Source of the DNA: Parcubacteria group bacterium Gr01-1014_31
GTDB lineage: Bacteria > Patescibacteriota > Patescibacteriia > Buchananbacterales > GWA2-38-13
DNA: 64,000 nt
Assembly: GCA_007376135.1 (NCBI GenBank)
Contig: VMFR01000005.1
Span: forward strand, 4,141 to 68,140
Direction: 5' to 3'
In this document: positions 16,488 through 25,438 of the stretch, one piece after another
Layout: each line of letters opens with the position of its first letter
Position numbering within the stretch: the first letter of the stretch is position 1
Made by a program: the position numbers and the translations under genes
The notes under the pieces: model-generated
What the model was told of the DNA's origin: nothing
Databases searched by the model: none
The model's input: only the letters and a program-made list of their open reading frames with translations

Positions 16488-19298
16488 CTATGAAATCGTA
16501 CGGCGCGGCGAGGGTCTTTTCGTTGGTTTACTCTTACTTCCTGGATGTTCTTCTTTCCCGAGATACGCCTTGTACAGCCCAAACAAAAACTCTAACCGTT
16601 CGGGTTCGGTTTTGAAATCCCGCTTGCCGTAACATGCGTCAACCGCTCTGTCGAGGTTGTGGTGAGCATCGAGCAGCTCTTTTGGCATGGTGTTAGGATC
16701 ATAGAGATCGGCCAAAGTTGAACTGGTAAACTTTGCACGAGCATCAAGCACTGCCTGGGCTGCATTCTCAACAGCTTCTTTCTTATCCATCAATGGATTC
16801 TCCGGCCAAGGAAAGCTGTTGTAAACGATATCCTTCGAGTAACGGTAATCAGATTTTAGACGCCCTGCCACAGTACGCATCCAGGCCATGTGCATCCTAC
16901 TTTCCAATACTCCGAAATGGTAAAGACCCGCGCCAGAAACAATAAAAACTGCATCGCCTGCCAACGTATCTTTCCCCATAAAACCTATGGGGATATATTG
17001 GCGACGCTCGGAAGATACTTTTGGAATGACAAGGTAATCCCCATCTGGAATATTCTCAACATGGAAATGCGTTGGTTTTTCGGCCAGCCTTCGCGTTGGT
17101 TCACTTTTACTAAGGGCACGATATTGCCTTACGGCATTAATCCGTCGCATTACCTCAGGCAAGGAACGGATCTCATCTGGCCGTGCGTCACCTACCCATA
17201 GGCACCAGCGCTCAATCCCGTTAAGGAATTCTTCCGAGCCAATCCAACGTTTAAAGAATTTCTCCGCGCGTGGCTCTAAATGTAAAAACTTTAATTTTTC
17301 GGCCGCCGAGAAAAGATACATCCCTCCATCTATGGGCTTATTCCCAATTCCGATTTCTGGAATAATGCCCAAAGGTGCACGACGCCTCTCAAGAAAAACA
17401 TCAGGTGCGTCGACGAGATATGGATTAATATGAGAGGCGATAATCTCGTGTGGCTCGCCACGAATATCTTCGTATTCATATATCTTGAGAGTTTCGCCGG
17501 GCTGGCACCCAAAACCTATCACAACACAATACACAGCGGCTTTCCCCGGCGCCTCATTCGTCCACTTGAAAGTGCGATGTGCAAAATTAATATGGACCCT
17601 GTATCTCCCCATCATTTCATGCCATAGAATTCCTACCTGTTCTCCTTGAGTGATTGAATTAGTAGACACAAACGCACAGCTAATCGCGGTACCTTGAATG
17701 TATTGAGCTGCTTTGAGGTACCAACCTGAAACATAATCTAATACGCCACCTCCACTCTTATCACCAAACAACGAAACGATTTCCGCTCGTTGTTCATCAG
17801 CCATAACCTTCGAGCCAATAAACGGTGGGTTACCGACTATGTAGGTAAGTTTTTCCTCGGATACAAGTAATCGCCAGTCAATCTTCAGTGCGTTCCCCTG
17901 CATAATATGTGGCTGCTCAATGAGTGGAAGTTTACGGAGAGGCTCACCAAAGTAATCACCTAGTTGAACGTTTGTCATATGATCAGTCAACCAAAGTGAT
18001 AGCTGCGCAATCTGCGACGGGAATGATTCAAGTTCAATCCCAAACATCCTCTCGACGGAAAGTTTCGAAAGTTTCGATAAATCAATTTCCATCAGTAATA
18101 CACCCTGCCCGGCATCTACCCTAGCTGTGCGATCTTTATGCAATCGTTTAATTATCTCTAACTCAATTCTGCGTAGTTCACGATACGCGATGACAAGAAA
18201 GTTTCCACAGCCGCAAGCAGGATCAAGTAACGTAATTTTGGCTAACTTTTCCCATAAGGTGTTAAGCTTAGTAGTATTATTACCTACTGTCCTCAGTTCC
18301 CGCTCTAAATCATCTAGGAACAAACCACTTAGTACCTTAAGGATATTCTTCTCTGAGGTGTAGTGTGCACCTAAGTCATGGCGAGCTCGATCATCCATGA
18401 CCGATTGGAACATGGACCCGAATATCGCAGGCGAAATAACTGACCAATCAAATTGTACCGCCGCGATGATTGCGTCTCGGATGCCACGAGTGCCGAAGAG
18501 TGCGGGCAGCGGGGCGGCAAAAAGTCCACCATTAACGTATTCTAATGATGCAAGATCCTCATCAAAGTTTGTCTGCCGCTGGGCCGGCGGTGTATTTAGT
18601 ATTTGAAAAATTAGGCTTAGATGTGCACCAATATCTGAGCCGTCTTCTTTCGTTCTTTCTTCAAGGTAGTTACGGAAAAAATCACTATTAAAAATTCCGG
18701 TGTCATCGGCAAAGAAACAAAACACCAAGCGCGTCAGGAGCTTATCAATGGCCTCCCGGGGGTAATTCGTGATACGGATGGCTTCGTATAACTTTCCGAT
18801 GGCTTGAACCGCCTTAACACTAATGGGGTTTTCTTCACGATATGTCCGAACCCGAAATCCAGGAATGAAACTAAACAGCTTGATCTTTTTGGGGAATTCT
18901 TTAAGCTCGAATTCCTCCTGAAAAACCCCGCCGTCGGCCTCCAGATCATAAAACCGAATTCGAGCATAGTCCGTTACAACGATGTAACGAGGGCGATCAA
19001 CCTCTGGGAGCGCATCAAAATACGATCCTGCCTGTTGGTACGCGCTGTCTAAATTTTTACCGCCGCTTTTGTGTTCAACTATCAACGTGCCAGGCCAGAA
19101 TAAATCGATGAATCCACGATGGCGCTCACCGATGAGATTTACTTTTTCCTGATATCGGGCAACTGTGCGTCGTCGAATTCCGTATACCTCAAAAAACTCA
19201 TTCCAAAAAGACTGGTACTCACCGACTTCACTAGTCTGCCCCGCCCATTCACGGGCGAACGCGACTGCCTGGGCTCGTATTTCATTCCAATTCAGCAT
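16488..19298 (-). CDS. MmeI-family Type IIL restriction-modification enzyme (fused endonuclease, gamma-class N6-adenine methyltransferase and target-recognition domain)
   Basis: Collinear similarity to MmeI along its length: WNEIR, FFEVYGI, GFIDLFWPG, PRYIVVTDY, DPACGCGNFLVIAYRELR, GNPPFIG, CAFVSTNSITQGEQV, INFAHRTFKWTNEAPGKAAVYCVVIGFG, RWCLW, RQYIPIGF, RYRYSKDIVYNSFPW, DLYDPNTMPKELLDAHHNLDRAVD. 936 aa; MmeI is about 919 aa. Confidence 0.85.
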   Translation of the reverse strand: MLNWNEIRAQAVAFAREWAGQTSEVGEYQSFWNEFFEVYGIRRRTVARYQEKVNLIGERHRGFIDLFWPGTLIVEHKSGGKNLDSAYQQAGSYFDALPEVDRPRYIVVTDYARIRFYDLEADGGVFQEEFELKEFPKKIKLFSFIPGFRVRTYREENPISVKAVQAIGKLYEAIRITNYPREAIDKLLTRLVFCFFADDTGIFNSDFFRNYLEERTKEDGSDIGAHLSLIFQILNTPPAQRQTNFDEDLASLEYVNGGLFAAPLPALFGTRGIRDAIIAAVQFDWSVISPAIFGSMFQSVMDDRARHDLGAHYTSEKNILKVLSGLFLDDLERELRTVGNNTTKLNTLWEKLAKITLLDPACGCGNFLVIAYRELRRIELEIIKRLHKDRTARVDAGQGVLLMEIDLSKLSKLSVERMFGIELESFPSQIAQLSLWLTDHMTNVQLGDYFGEPLRKLPLIEQPHIMQGNALKIDWRLLVSEEKLTYIVGNPPFIGSKVMADEQRAEIVSLFGDKSGGGVLDYVSGWYLKAAQYIQGTAISCAFVSTNSITQGEQVGILWHEMMGRYRVHINFAHRTFKWTNEAPGKAAVYCVVIGFGCQPGETLKIYEYEDIRGEPHEIIASHINPYLVDAPDVFLERRRAPLGIIPEIGIGNKPIDGGMYLFSAAEKLKFLHLEPRAEKFFKRWIGSEEFLNGIERWCLWVGDARPDEIRSLPEVMRRINAVRQYRALSKSEPTRRLAEKPTHFHVENIPDGDYLVIPKVSSERRQYIPIGFMGKDTLAGDAVFIVSGAGLYHFGVLESRMHMAWMRTVAGRLKSDYRYSKDIVYNSFPWPENPLMDKKEAVENAAQAVLDARAKFTSSTLADLYDPNTMPKELLDAHHNLDRAVDACYGKRDFKTEPERLEFLFGLYKAYLGKEEHPGSKSKPTKRPSPRRTIS

Positions 19299-19365
19299 GG
19301 TTCGGAGTCGAGTAAATCATTCAAGCTTTTTTAATGACTAACAATTCTCCAGCATTCCAGTGTGT

Positions 19366-19400
19366 CAATTTTCCCACCATTGGGCCAAAAAGTCAAAAAC
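19366..19400 (-). promoter_or_regulatory. Promoter-like motif copy A upstream of the MmeI-like gene
   Basis: On the minus strand: TTGACT-TTTTGGCCCAATGGTGG-GAAAAT. Near-identical copies lie at 22496-22530 and 25783-25815. Confidence 0.45.
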
Positions 19401-19429
19401 AAACGGGGCTATTAGCCTTTCTTCAAAGA

Positions 19430-19460
19430 ACAAAAAAACGCCAGCATGAGGGCTGGCGAT
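19430..19460 (-). terminator. Rho-independent terminator on the minus strand, following the PRTase-like gene
   Basis: Minus strand: gccagccctcatgctggc followed by ttttttt. Confidence 0.55.
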
Positions 19461-19718
19461 TCCTCTTAAGAGCTCATACTAGAAGATTTCAAATGCAACG
19501 CGTCAGCTATTTGAATTTACAATTCACATAGATACCTTTTAATAGAGCCCGCACTTTTATCTTAGCACTACTCAGCTTAGTAGGCCAGAATAGTATCAAG
19601 GTATTCGATAACGGCTGTAGCTTAGGCCAGTCCACTATTGTGGCGCTTTTTAGAAAACTTCCGCCGTTCTTTAGTGAACAGAAATTTTATGGTGCGCATT
19701 TCTTAATCGCACACTCCT

Positions 19719-20579
19719 TTACCCGCGGACTAGATCAGTAATGCGTGGAAAAATGCCAAATTTACTATCCTGTCCCACGTTGCCCCTGAAAATGCTAGGC
19801 ACGCCATTAGGTGTATTCCTATAAAAAACTACCATAGAGGCAAGGCCTCTATAACCCAATGGAGCCCCCCGATCTCCCTCCCTGCAATAACCAACCAGCC
19901 TCTCTCTTTCTACATCATCAAGAATTATACTATCAGGGTGCAATGGTCGATCATTCTTATCGTGGATATAATCACAGACGATTTCGACGCCTACTTTAGT
20001 AATTGCAGCGAAGGCTTCGCGACAAATGCAAGGCAAGAGAAAAAATTCAGAAAACTGACCTATCAAAGGAACTTCTTTTGCGACATAATTTCTTGAATTT
20101 AAAAATTGATCACCAGTCCCCGAAAAATCATCAACATATATAATAGCGCCACTTCCTAGGCTGATTGTCGTCTTGATGAGCTCAAGTAAGTTTTGACAAT
20201 CGATAATATGCACGCGCTTTCGTTCTAGATTAGCTTTATCGCGGAGTAAGTTAAGCATCAAGTGGCTACTACTTGCTGGCTTGTCCACGGTCACATATAT
20301 AACTTTTTCTAATGCTACCCCTCGACTTTGTAATTTAGCTAGTAACTTTCCATTGTGTTTGACGAGGACATCTTCCGTCTTTTGTTCCGAATAATACCGG
20401 ATATGACTCAACAAGGACAAAATTAGATGGTGATCAGTTTTAGGAAATTGATCGAGCCAACTAAGAACTAATTGCGGGTGGACTTTTTGAGGGTGGTAAT
20501 CCTTAACTCGCCTACAAAAGTGCAGAATCCTCAAGTAATCTAAGGGATGCAACATCGCCCATGATAAATTATTCATCAT
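19719..20579 (-). CDS. Phosphoribosyltransferase (PRTase)-like domain protein
   Basis: AIIYVDDFSGTGDQF resembles the PRPP-binding loop (hhhhDDhxxTG). AT-rich. Start uncertain; overlaps the upstream gene's end. Confidence 0.4.
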   Translation of the reverse strand: MMNNLSWAMLHPLDYLRILHFCRRVKDYHPQKVHPQLVLSWLDQFPKTDHHLILSLLSHIRYYSEQKTEDVLVKHNGKLLAKLQSRGVALEKVIYVTVDKPASSSHLMLNLLRDKANLERKRVHIIDCQNLLELIKTTISLGSGAIIYVDDFSGTGDQFLNSRNYVAKEVPLIGQFSEFFLLPCICREAFAAITKVGVEIVCDYIHDKNDRPLHPDSIILDDVERERLVGYCREGDRGAPLGYRGLASMVVFYRNTPNGVPSIFRGNVGQDSKFGIFPRITDLVRG

Positions 20580-21576
20580 CTGTCGGGGTGCCATCCTCCA
20601 TTTTCGCAAGCAGATTTGTAATATAGACCTGCACACCCCTCACGGCCCTCACAAAATCTTTATTAACCTCGCTTGTTAGCTGAGATTCCAATCCCCTTAA
20701 CTTTTCTACAAGATCATTACAAGCGGTAATTGCTGTTGTAATATTTCGAGGTGGCAAAAAAATATCAAAAGTATCACGAGTTTCTAGCTCTATGTGGTTC
20801 ACGTATTCTTTTAACTTTGATTTAAATTCTTTCTCCCGGTTCTGTTCTTGGGCTTTTGCCGATGCTTCAATTATCCTTCGGAAATGAATTACGCTTACGA
20901 TCTTCCCTGATTTGTATTTATCAACAAGCCTTTGAATCAAAACTTCTCTGCCAAGTTCCCTAAATAATCCTGGTAGTTTATCCTCATAAATCTTAATGAC
21001 CGGGTAGGCCTCAATCCAAAAATTCGAAGCCACTCGTCTATCGGGCTCTGACTCTAGAGACAAAGCCTGAAACTTTTCCGGAAAGCTAAGTAATATTTTG
21101 CAACGCTCCACCTGCATCTCACTTAAACCCGTAAGATCAGATATCTTTTTATTATCGTCTTCGTGCAGCTCTTCAATGATGGTTTTCAGACTAATCGCAG
21201 TTGGCATTAGCTCCCATTGTTGTCTAAAGTTATGAATCGAAAACATGTAAAGCAGGCCGGCAATTTTTGTCGGTGGCTCAACAATATTAGCGGGTATAGT
21301 AATCTCAAAACCATCATCAGCCAATTCCGCGCAACACCGAAACCGTCTCTCCCCATCTAAAATTGCATATTTTTCTTGTCCTTTAATTTTGTAAGCGGTG
21401 ATCGGTACAAGTACCCCATGTTGTTGGATACTTTCTTTTAATTCTCGTAAGGGCACGGGGTCGAATAACTTTCTGGGGTTATTTCGATTTGGTTTTATCT
21501 CGGTGACATGAAGATGCTTGAGTAGTCCGGTAGGAACAACTTCCGTAATAACTTTATGTTGTTTATTACTAGACAT
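20569..21576 (-). CDS. ParB/sulfiredoxin-like nuclease domain protein
   Basis: HVTEIKPNRNNPRKLFDPVPLRELKESIQQHGVLVPITAY...LDGERRFRCC is the ParB N-terminal domain with its GERR motif. Confidence 0.65.
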   Translation of the reverse strand: MSSNKQHKVITEVVPTGLLKHLHVTEIKPNRNNPRKLFDPVPLRELKESIQQHGVLVPITAYKIKGQEKYAILDGERRFRCCAELADDGFEITIPANIVEPPTKIAGLLYMFSIHNFRQQWELMPTAISLKTIIEELHEDDNKKISDLTGLSEMQVERCKILLSFPEKFQALSLESEPDRRVASNFWIEAYPVIKIYEDKLPGLFRELGREVLIQRLVDKYKSGKIVSVIHFRRIIEASAKAQEQNREKEFKSKLKEYVNHIELETRDTFDIFLPPRNITTAITACNDLVEKLRGLESQLTSEVNKDFVRAVRGVQVYITNLLAKMEDGTPTDDE

Positions 21577-21580
21577 TATT

Positions 21581-22387
21581 TTAAACCAATATGTTTGAAA
21601 TCAAAAATTCTCGAGCAGCTTTCCGATTAGAGGAGAACCCAGCTATGCTTCTCCTCACAGAAATTATTCTTTTATAAAATCCTTCCGAAAGCATTTTCGC
21701 CTCATTTGATTCTAAATAGCTAACCAAAAAAGGAATCCGCATGCGACTAAGCCTGCGCATCCATTTTCGTAATCTAATAAGCTTTTTGAAATCAAATTTA
21801 GAGCTATCATAGTCTGTAAAAATGTTTTTGTTATGGACACTGAAAGGCGGATCCATATAGACAAAATCTCCTTTCCGAACGTAACGAAGTGTTTCATCAA
21901 AATCAGCAGCTAAGAGATGTGCCCTCTTCAAAAGCTTAGAAGAACGAGAAAAGACAAGCTCGCTCGGGATGCTGCCAGTTTTGCCGTAAGGCACATTAAA
22001 TTGGCCTGATTGATTTGTTCTATATAAACCATTGAAACAAAAACGATTGAGATACACAAAACGAGCCGCCCTTACCAATGGGTTGTTGATTTTTTTTGAA
22101 TCAAGAGACCTTAGCGAGTAATATGTCTGCTTAGATTGATCTAGCTCTTCTAATATAGCCAAGACTCCTTTCCAATCTTTTTTTATCTGCCTATAGGTAG
22201 CTATCAACTCAAGATTAATATCAGCGAGTAGGGCCTCTTTTGGGGCTACATTAAAAAAGAGGCACGCAGATCCGGCGAACGGTTCCACATACCGCTTACT
22301 TTGACTTGCGCGCCAATAACTGGAAAGTAACGGTACTAACTGCCTCTTGCTGCCAGCCCAACGTAAAATTGTATAATTAGCTGCCAT
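21581..22387 (-). CDS. Dam-family DNA N6-adenine methyltransferase
   Basis: LRWAGSKRQLVPLL...YVEPFAGSACLFF (AdoMet-binding motif I) and DPPF (motif IV). Confidence 0.8.
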   Translation of the reverse strand: MAANYTILRWAGSKRQLVPLLSSYWRASQSKRYVEPFAGSACLFFNVAPKEALLADINLELIATYRQIKKDWKGVLAILEELDQSKQTYYSLRSLDSKKINNPLVRAARFVYLNRFCFNGLYRTNQSGQFNVPYGKTGSIPSELVFSRSSKLLKRAHLLAADFDETLRYVRKGDFVYMDPPFSVHNKNIFTDYDSSKFDFKKLIRLRKWMRRLSRMRIPFLVSYLESNEAKMLSEGFYKRIISVRRSIAGFSSNRKAAREFLISNILV

Positions 22388-22495
22388 TCACAATTATTAT
22401 TATACGCCCAGTTCTTATTAAAAGAAAAAATTCCCTAATATGACTGACCGGAAGTGAAGTAAACCATATCGAAAAAAATAGTCTATTACCATTCC

Positions 22496-22530
22496 AATGG
22501 TCCCACCGTTAGGCCAAAAAGTCAAAACCT
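22496..22530 (-). promoter_or_regulatory. Promoter-like motif copy B upstream of dam
   Basis: Minus strand: TTGACT-TTTTGGCCTAACGGTGG-GACCAT. Confidence 0.4.
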
Positions 22531-22658
22531 CGATGCGCCCATTGGTAGGAAAGTAGGTAAAAAATCGAGGCCCCGCCTCGGGCGGGCAGGGAGCAAAGCG
22601 GTGGGTCCCGCCAACGGCGAGGTAGGCCATTTACCCGGTAATGACGGTTTGAGGTTAC

Positions 22659-22772
22659 TGGATTCCCGCCTTCGCGGGAATGACGGTTTTTTTGATTTCT
22701 GGACCTCCGCTACGGCGCGGGGATGGCGGTTTCTGGTTTTTTTCTGGACCCCCGCCTACGCGGGGTGACAAT
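22659..22772. repeat. About 2.7 tandem copies of a 41-45 bp hairpin unit
   Basis: TGGA(T/C)(T/C)CCCGC(C)T(T/A)CG(G)CG(C)GGG(A/G)ATG(A/G)CGGTTT..TTTTT. A related gggaatgacgatttgtttt lies near 25870. Confidence 0.5.
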
Positions 22773-22773
22773 A

Positions 22774-22806
22774 CAAAAAAGCGCCACCAGCAGGTGGCGC
22801 TTTTTC
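22774..22806. terminator. Rho-independent terminator ending the DUF5674-to-DUF4342 operon
   Basis: aaaaaagcgccaccagcaggtggcgcttttt. Confidence 0.7.
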
Positions 22807-22816
22807 AACGATATCT

Positions 22817-23104
22817 CTACCCCCTCCTCTCCACCACAATCGTGCAATTGGCAACCAGCGCAGCAATGGCACCGATGGCCGCCCAAATCGGGATGAGGGC
22901 GACGCCGACCACGCCGATGGTGAGGGGAAATTCCAAAATAGTGTGCCCCTTCTCATTTTTGATGATGATACGCCGGACGTTGCCCTCCTTCACTAGGGCT
23001 TTTATCCTTTTCACCACGTCGCCGCCCGAAACTTTGAACTCTTCGTGCCGCACGTTTTCTGCCATATGTTTGGTGGTTAGTAGCGCTTCAATTCTCGCAG
23101 GCAC
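22817..23104 (-). CDS. DUF4342 family small protein
   Basis: VKRIKALVKEGNVRRIIIKNEKGHTILEFPLTIGVVGVALIPIWAAIGAIAALVANCTIVVER matches my recollection of DUF4342. Confidence 0.55.
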   Translation of the reverse strand: MPARIEALLTTKHMAENVRHEEFKVSGGDVVKRIKALVKEGNVRRIIIKNEKGHTILEFPLTIGVVGVALIPIWAAIGAIAALVANCTIVVERRG

Positions 23105-23618
23105 CGCGAACGTAAGAACTCACCAGCGAATTGCGGCAGGCTTCGCACGCGTTGGAAAACGTTTGCTGAATCGGATAGCATGGTGCCCTGATACACTGGA
23201 TTTGCACTGTTCCGCACACGGGGTCGTACTGCTGGGTGCAGACCTCGGCGTTCCGCGACTCCGGCGTACAAGTAGCAGACCCCCCTGCCGGCGGCTTGGC
23301 ACCCGTGCAGCGCCAGTTGATTTCTGCTGTTTTGGTCTCCGCGCTCACGACGCAAGCCGGGTTGCAACCCTCGCGCGTAGCGTTCAGGTTGGCATCAAAC
23401 CACCACGTCTTTGAATTCTCGTTGAAAGAGCCGGGGGCCAGGGTCTCCCCGCCCTTGATACAGGTTGCCTCCGCAATTTCCCGCGCCTGGGCTTCCGTGA
23501 AATCGGCCGGGCTCGGCTCGGGCGTTACGGTTGGGGACGGTGTTGGAGTTGGCGTTACCGCGGGCGTACACCCCGCCAGCACCACAACCGCTGCGCTTGC
23601 AACAAAGTATTTCAGCAT
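23088..23618 (-). CDS. Lipoprotein with a C-terminal Kazal-type inhibitor-like domain
   Basis: Lipobox VVLAGC, Pro/Thr linker, then CTQQYDPVCGTVQIQCIRAPCYPIQQTFSNACEAC (Kazal-like YDPVCG...FSNAC..C). Confidence 0.5.
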   Translation of the reverse strand: MLKYFVASAAVVVLAGCTPAVTPTPTPSPTVTPEPSPADFTEAQAREIAEATCIKGGETLAPGSFNENSKTWWFDANLNATREGCNPACVVSAETKTAEINWRCTGAKPPAGGSATCTPESRNAEVCTQQYDPVCGTVQIQCIRAPCYPIQQTFSNACEACRNSLVSSYVRGACEN

Positions 23619-23746
23619 ATACAAGGTGATACGACAGCAAAGCAAATAAGTAACTTACTCAATAATTCTCACACTACTGGAAGGTGGAGCCAAAAACAGT
23701 GAAGCGGGGAGCATGAAGTAAGGAGTAAGAGTACCGGAAACGATTT

Positions 23747-25087
23747 CTACCGAATGCCGGTATCGCAGGAAAGCCGTACTTCATGCAGCGCCCCCGGTTC
23801 GATGGCGATGGTTTGCGTCTCACAGCGAGGAAAGGGGTTGCCACCGACGGGCTGCAAGCCGTACTCGCCCGGCGGGAGCATCACGCGGAAATTGCCCTCC
23901 TGGTCGGTTTCCGCGATGGCAAACGGGGCGCTGCTTGGACTGTCGGCGGCAATCACCTGCACCGCCGTCACGTAGGGCTTATCCGCGCACGCCGGGTCGG
24001 GAGGTTCCCGCTGCACCGGGCAGTTGGGGCCAAGTATGACTTTTCCCTGCACGCCGGAATCGTACGGCAAAATACCGCCGCTCCCCGGCGTTGGTGCCGC
24101 CATTGGCTCCCAGCCAAACGGGACGGCGCACGGCGTTGGGAAATCCTTTTCCTCGCCGGTCAGCGTGCTTTTCGCGCGCGTGATGACCTGAATGCAAACC
24201 ATCGAACTTCCCTCGCCCCGAGCTTGGCGGGCCAGGAGATTCAAACGGCCATCCTTCATCTCGTAGTACTCCACCGCAACGCCGGCAGGCGCTTCCGAGA
24301 GCTCATCGAGGTACAGCGGCGGATTTGCGACCAGCAGCCGACTGTCCAGCCGGTACTGCAACGAAAACGCGCTGCCTAAACTGTACTCTACAATTGCACC
24401 GGTCTTCGCGTCCACAATGGCATGCATCTGACACGACGCACCACAACCCCATTCAATGACGGTATAGTGGCCGGCAAAATTTGGCCCGTAGGTGAGTCCG
24501 TCAATAATCCTTGGCCCAACGATCTTTGCCGCCGCCGGGGATGTCTCGAAATCAACGTTGGCACGCGGTCCGGTATACGCATCTGGGGCTGGATAATCAC
24601 TGAAGCGGTACAGGTATGGCGTAGCTACATCCAACAACCATACCGCCGGGCCTTCGTAGGGCGAACCGTGCAGCACATGCACGCGCGGGGCCAGCAGCTC
24701 CCCGACCGGTTGCGAAATCGCGTACTCCCCATTGGCCGCCACGCTGAACACATACTCTTTCTTGTCCCCGAACCACAGCGAGAGCGGCTCACTGGTCTTG
24801 TTCTTGATGACGAGGCGCTGCTTGGCCGTCATTTTCTGGCAACGCGGGGAAGGAACGTCTTGGTTCACCTCCACGCGAACGACGTTTTCATCGCCCGGTT
24901 CAACACACGCTCCGACAGCGGGATACTCGCTGTCGGCCGGCAAGACTGCGGCCAGCGGTTTGCCACCACCCTGGTCGGGCTGATCGTTCCCGCTGGGGGT
25001 GCGGCTGGGACGGCGAATCGCAAAAATTGCAATTCCCGCAACGGCAACCAGCGCCACGGCAGCGACGACGAGAATAATTTTTTTCAT
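23747..25087 (-). CDS. Hypothetical membrane-anchored extracytoplasmic protein
   Basis: N-terminal TM ILVVAAVALVAVAGIAIFAI; no recognizable domains. Confidence 0.45.
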   Translation of the reverse strand: MKKIILVVAAVALVAVAGIAIFAIRRPSRTPSGNDQPDQGGGKPLAAVLPADSEYPAVGACVEPGDENVVRVEVNQDVPSPRCQKMTAKQRLVIKNKTSEPLSLWFGDKKEYVFSVAANGEYAISQPVGELLAPRVHVLHGSPYEGPAVWLLDVATPYLYRFSDYPAPDAYTGPRANVDFETSPAAAKIVGPRIIDGLTYGPNFAGHYTVIEWGCGASCQMHAIVDAKTGAIVEYSLGSAFSLQYRLDSRLLVANPPLYLDELSEAPAGVAVEYYEMKDGRLNLLARQARGEGSSMVCIQVITRAKSTLTGEEKDFPTPCAVPFGWEPMAAPTPGSGGILPYDSGVQGKVILGPNCPVQREPPDPACADKPYVTAVQVIAADSPSSAPFAIAETDQEGNFRVMLPPGEYGLQPVGGNPFPRCETQTIAIEPGALHEVRLSCDTGIR

Positions 25088-25108
25088 ACGGTTATTTTCA
25101 CACCGACA

Positions 25109-25438
25109 TTACAAATGCGCCCGCGCGGCGTAATTGAAGGGGTAAAAATAATTACGCCACAGCTGGTCGGTAGATTTCCATTGATTGTCACCGACAAAAT
25201 AATCGCTCAACACTTCGCGGACCCGCGCGATCTCCTTGCAGCGCCGCCTGTTTTTTCCGTCCGCCAGGGTCAGGTCGATGAGTTCCAGCGCGCGCTCGAA
25301 CGCCAGGCGGCTGTACTCCGGATTTTTGCTCCGCCACGAGATGGTCCGCTCCACTTCGCTGCCGATATTGGCCAGCTGCTCGATCAGCGAAAGCTCGCGC
25401 CATTTCCCGTTCGCTAATTCCCGATGTTGGTAGGTCAT
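25109..25438 (-). CDS. Hypothetical protein, 109 aa
   Basis: ORF translationally coupled (ATGA) to the upstream DUF5674 gene. Confidence 0.4.
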   Translation of the reverse strand: MTYQHRELANGKWRELSLIEQLANIGSEVERTISWRSKNPEYSRLAFERALELIDLTLADGKNRRRCKEIARVREVLSDYFVGDNQWKSTDQLWRNYFYPFNYAARAHL

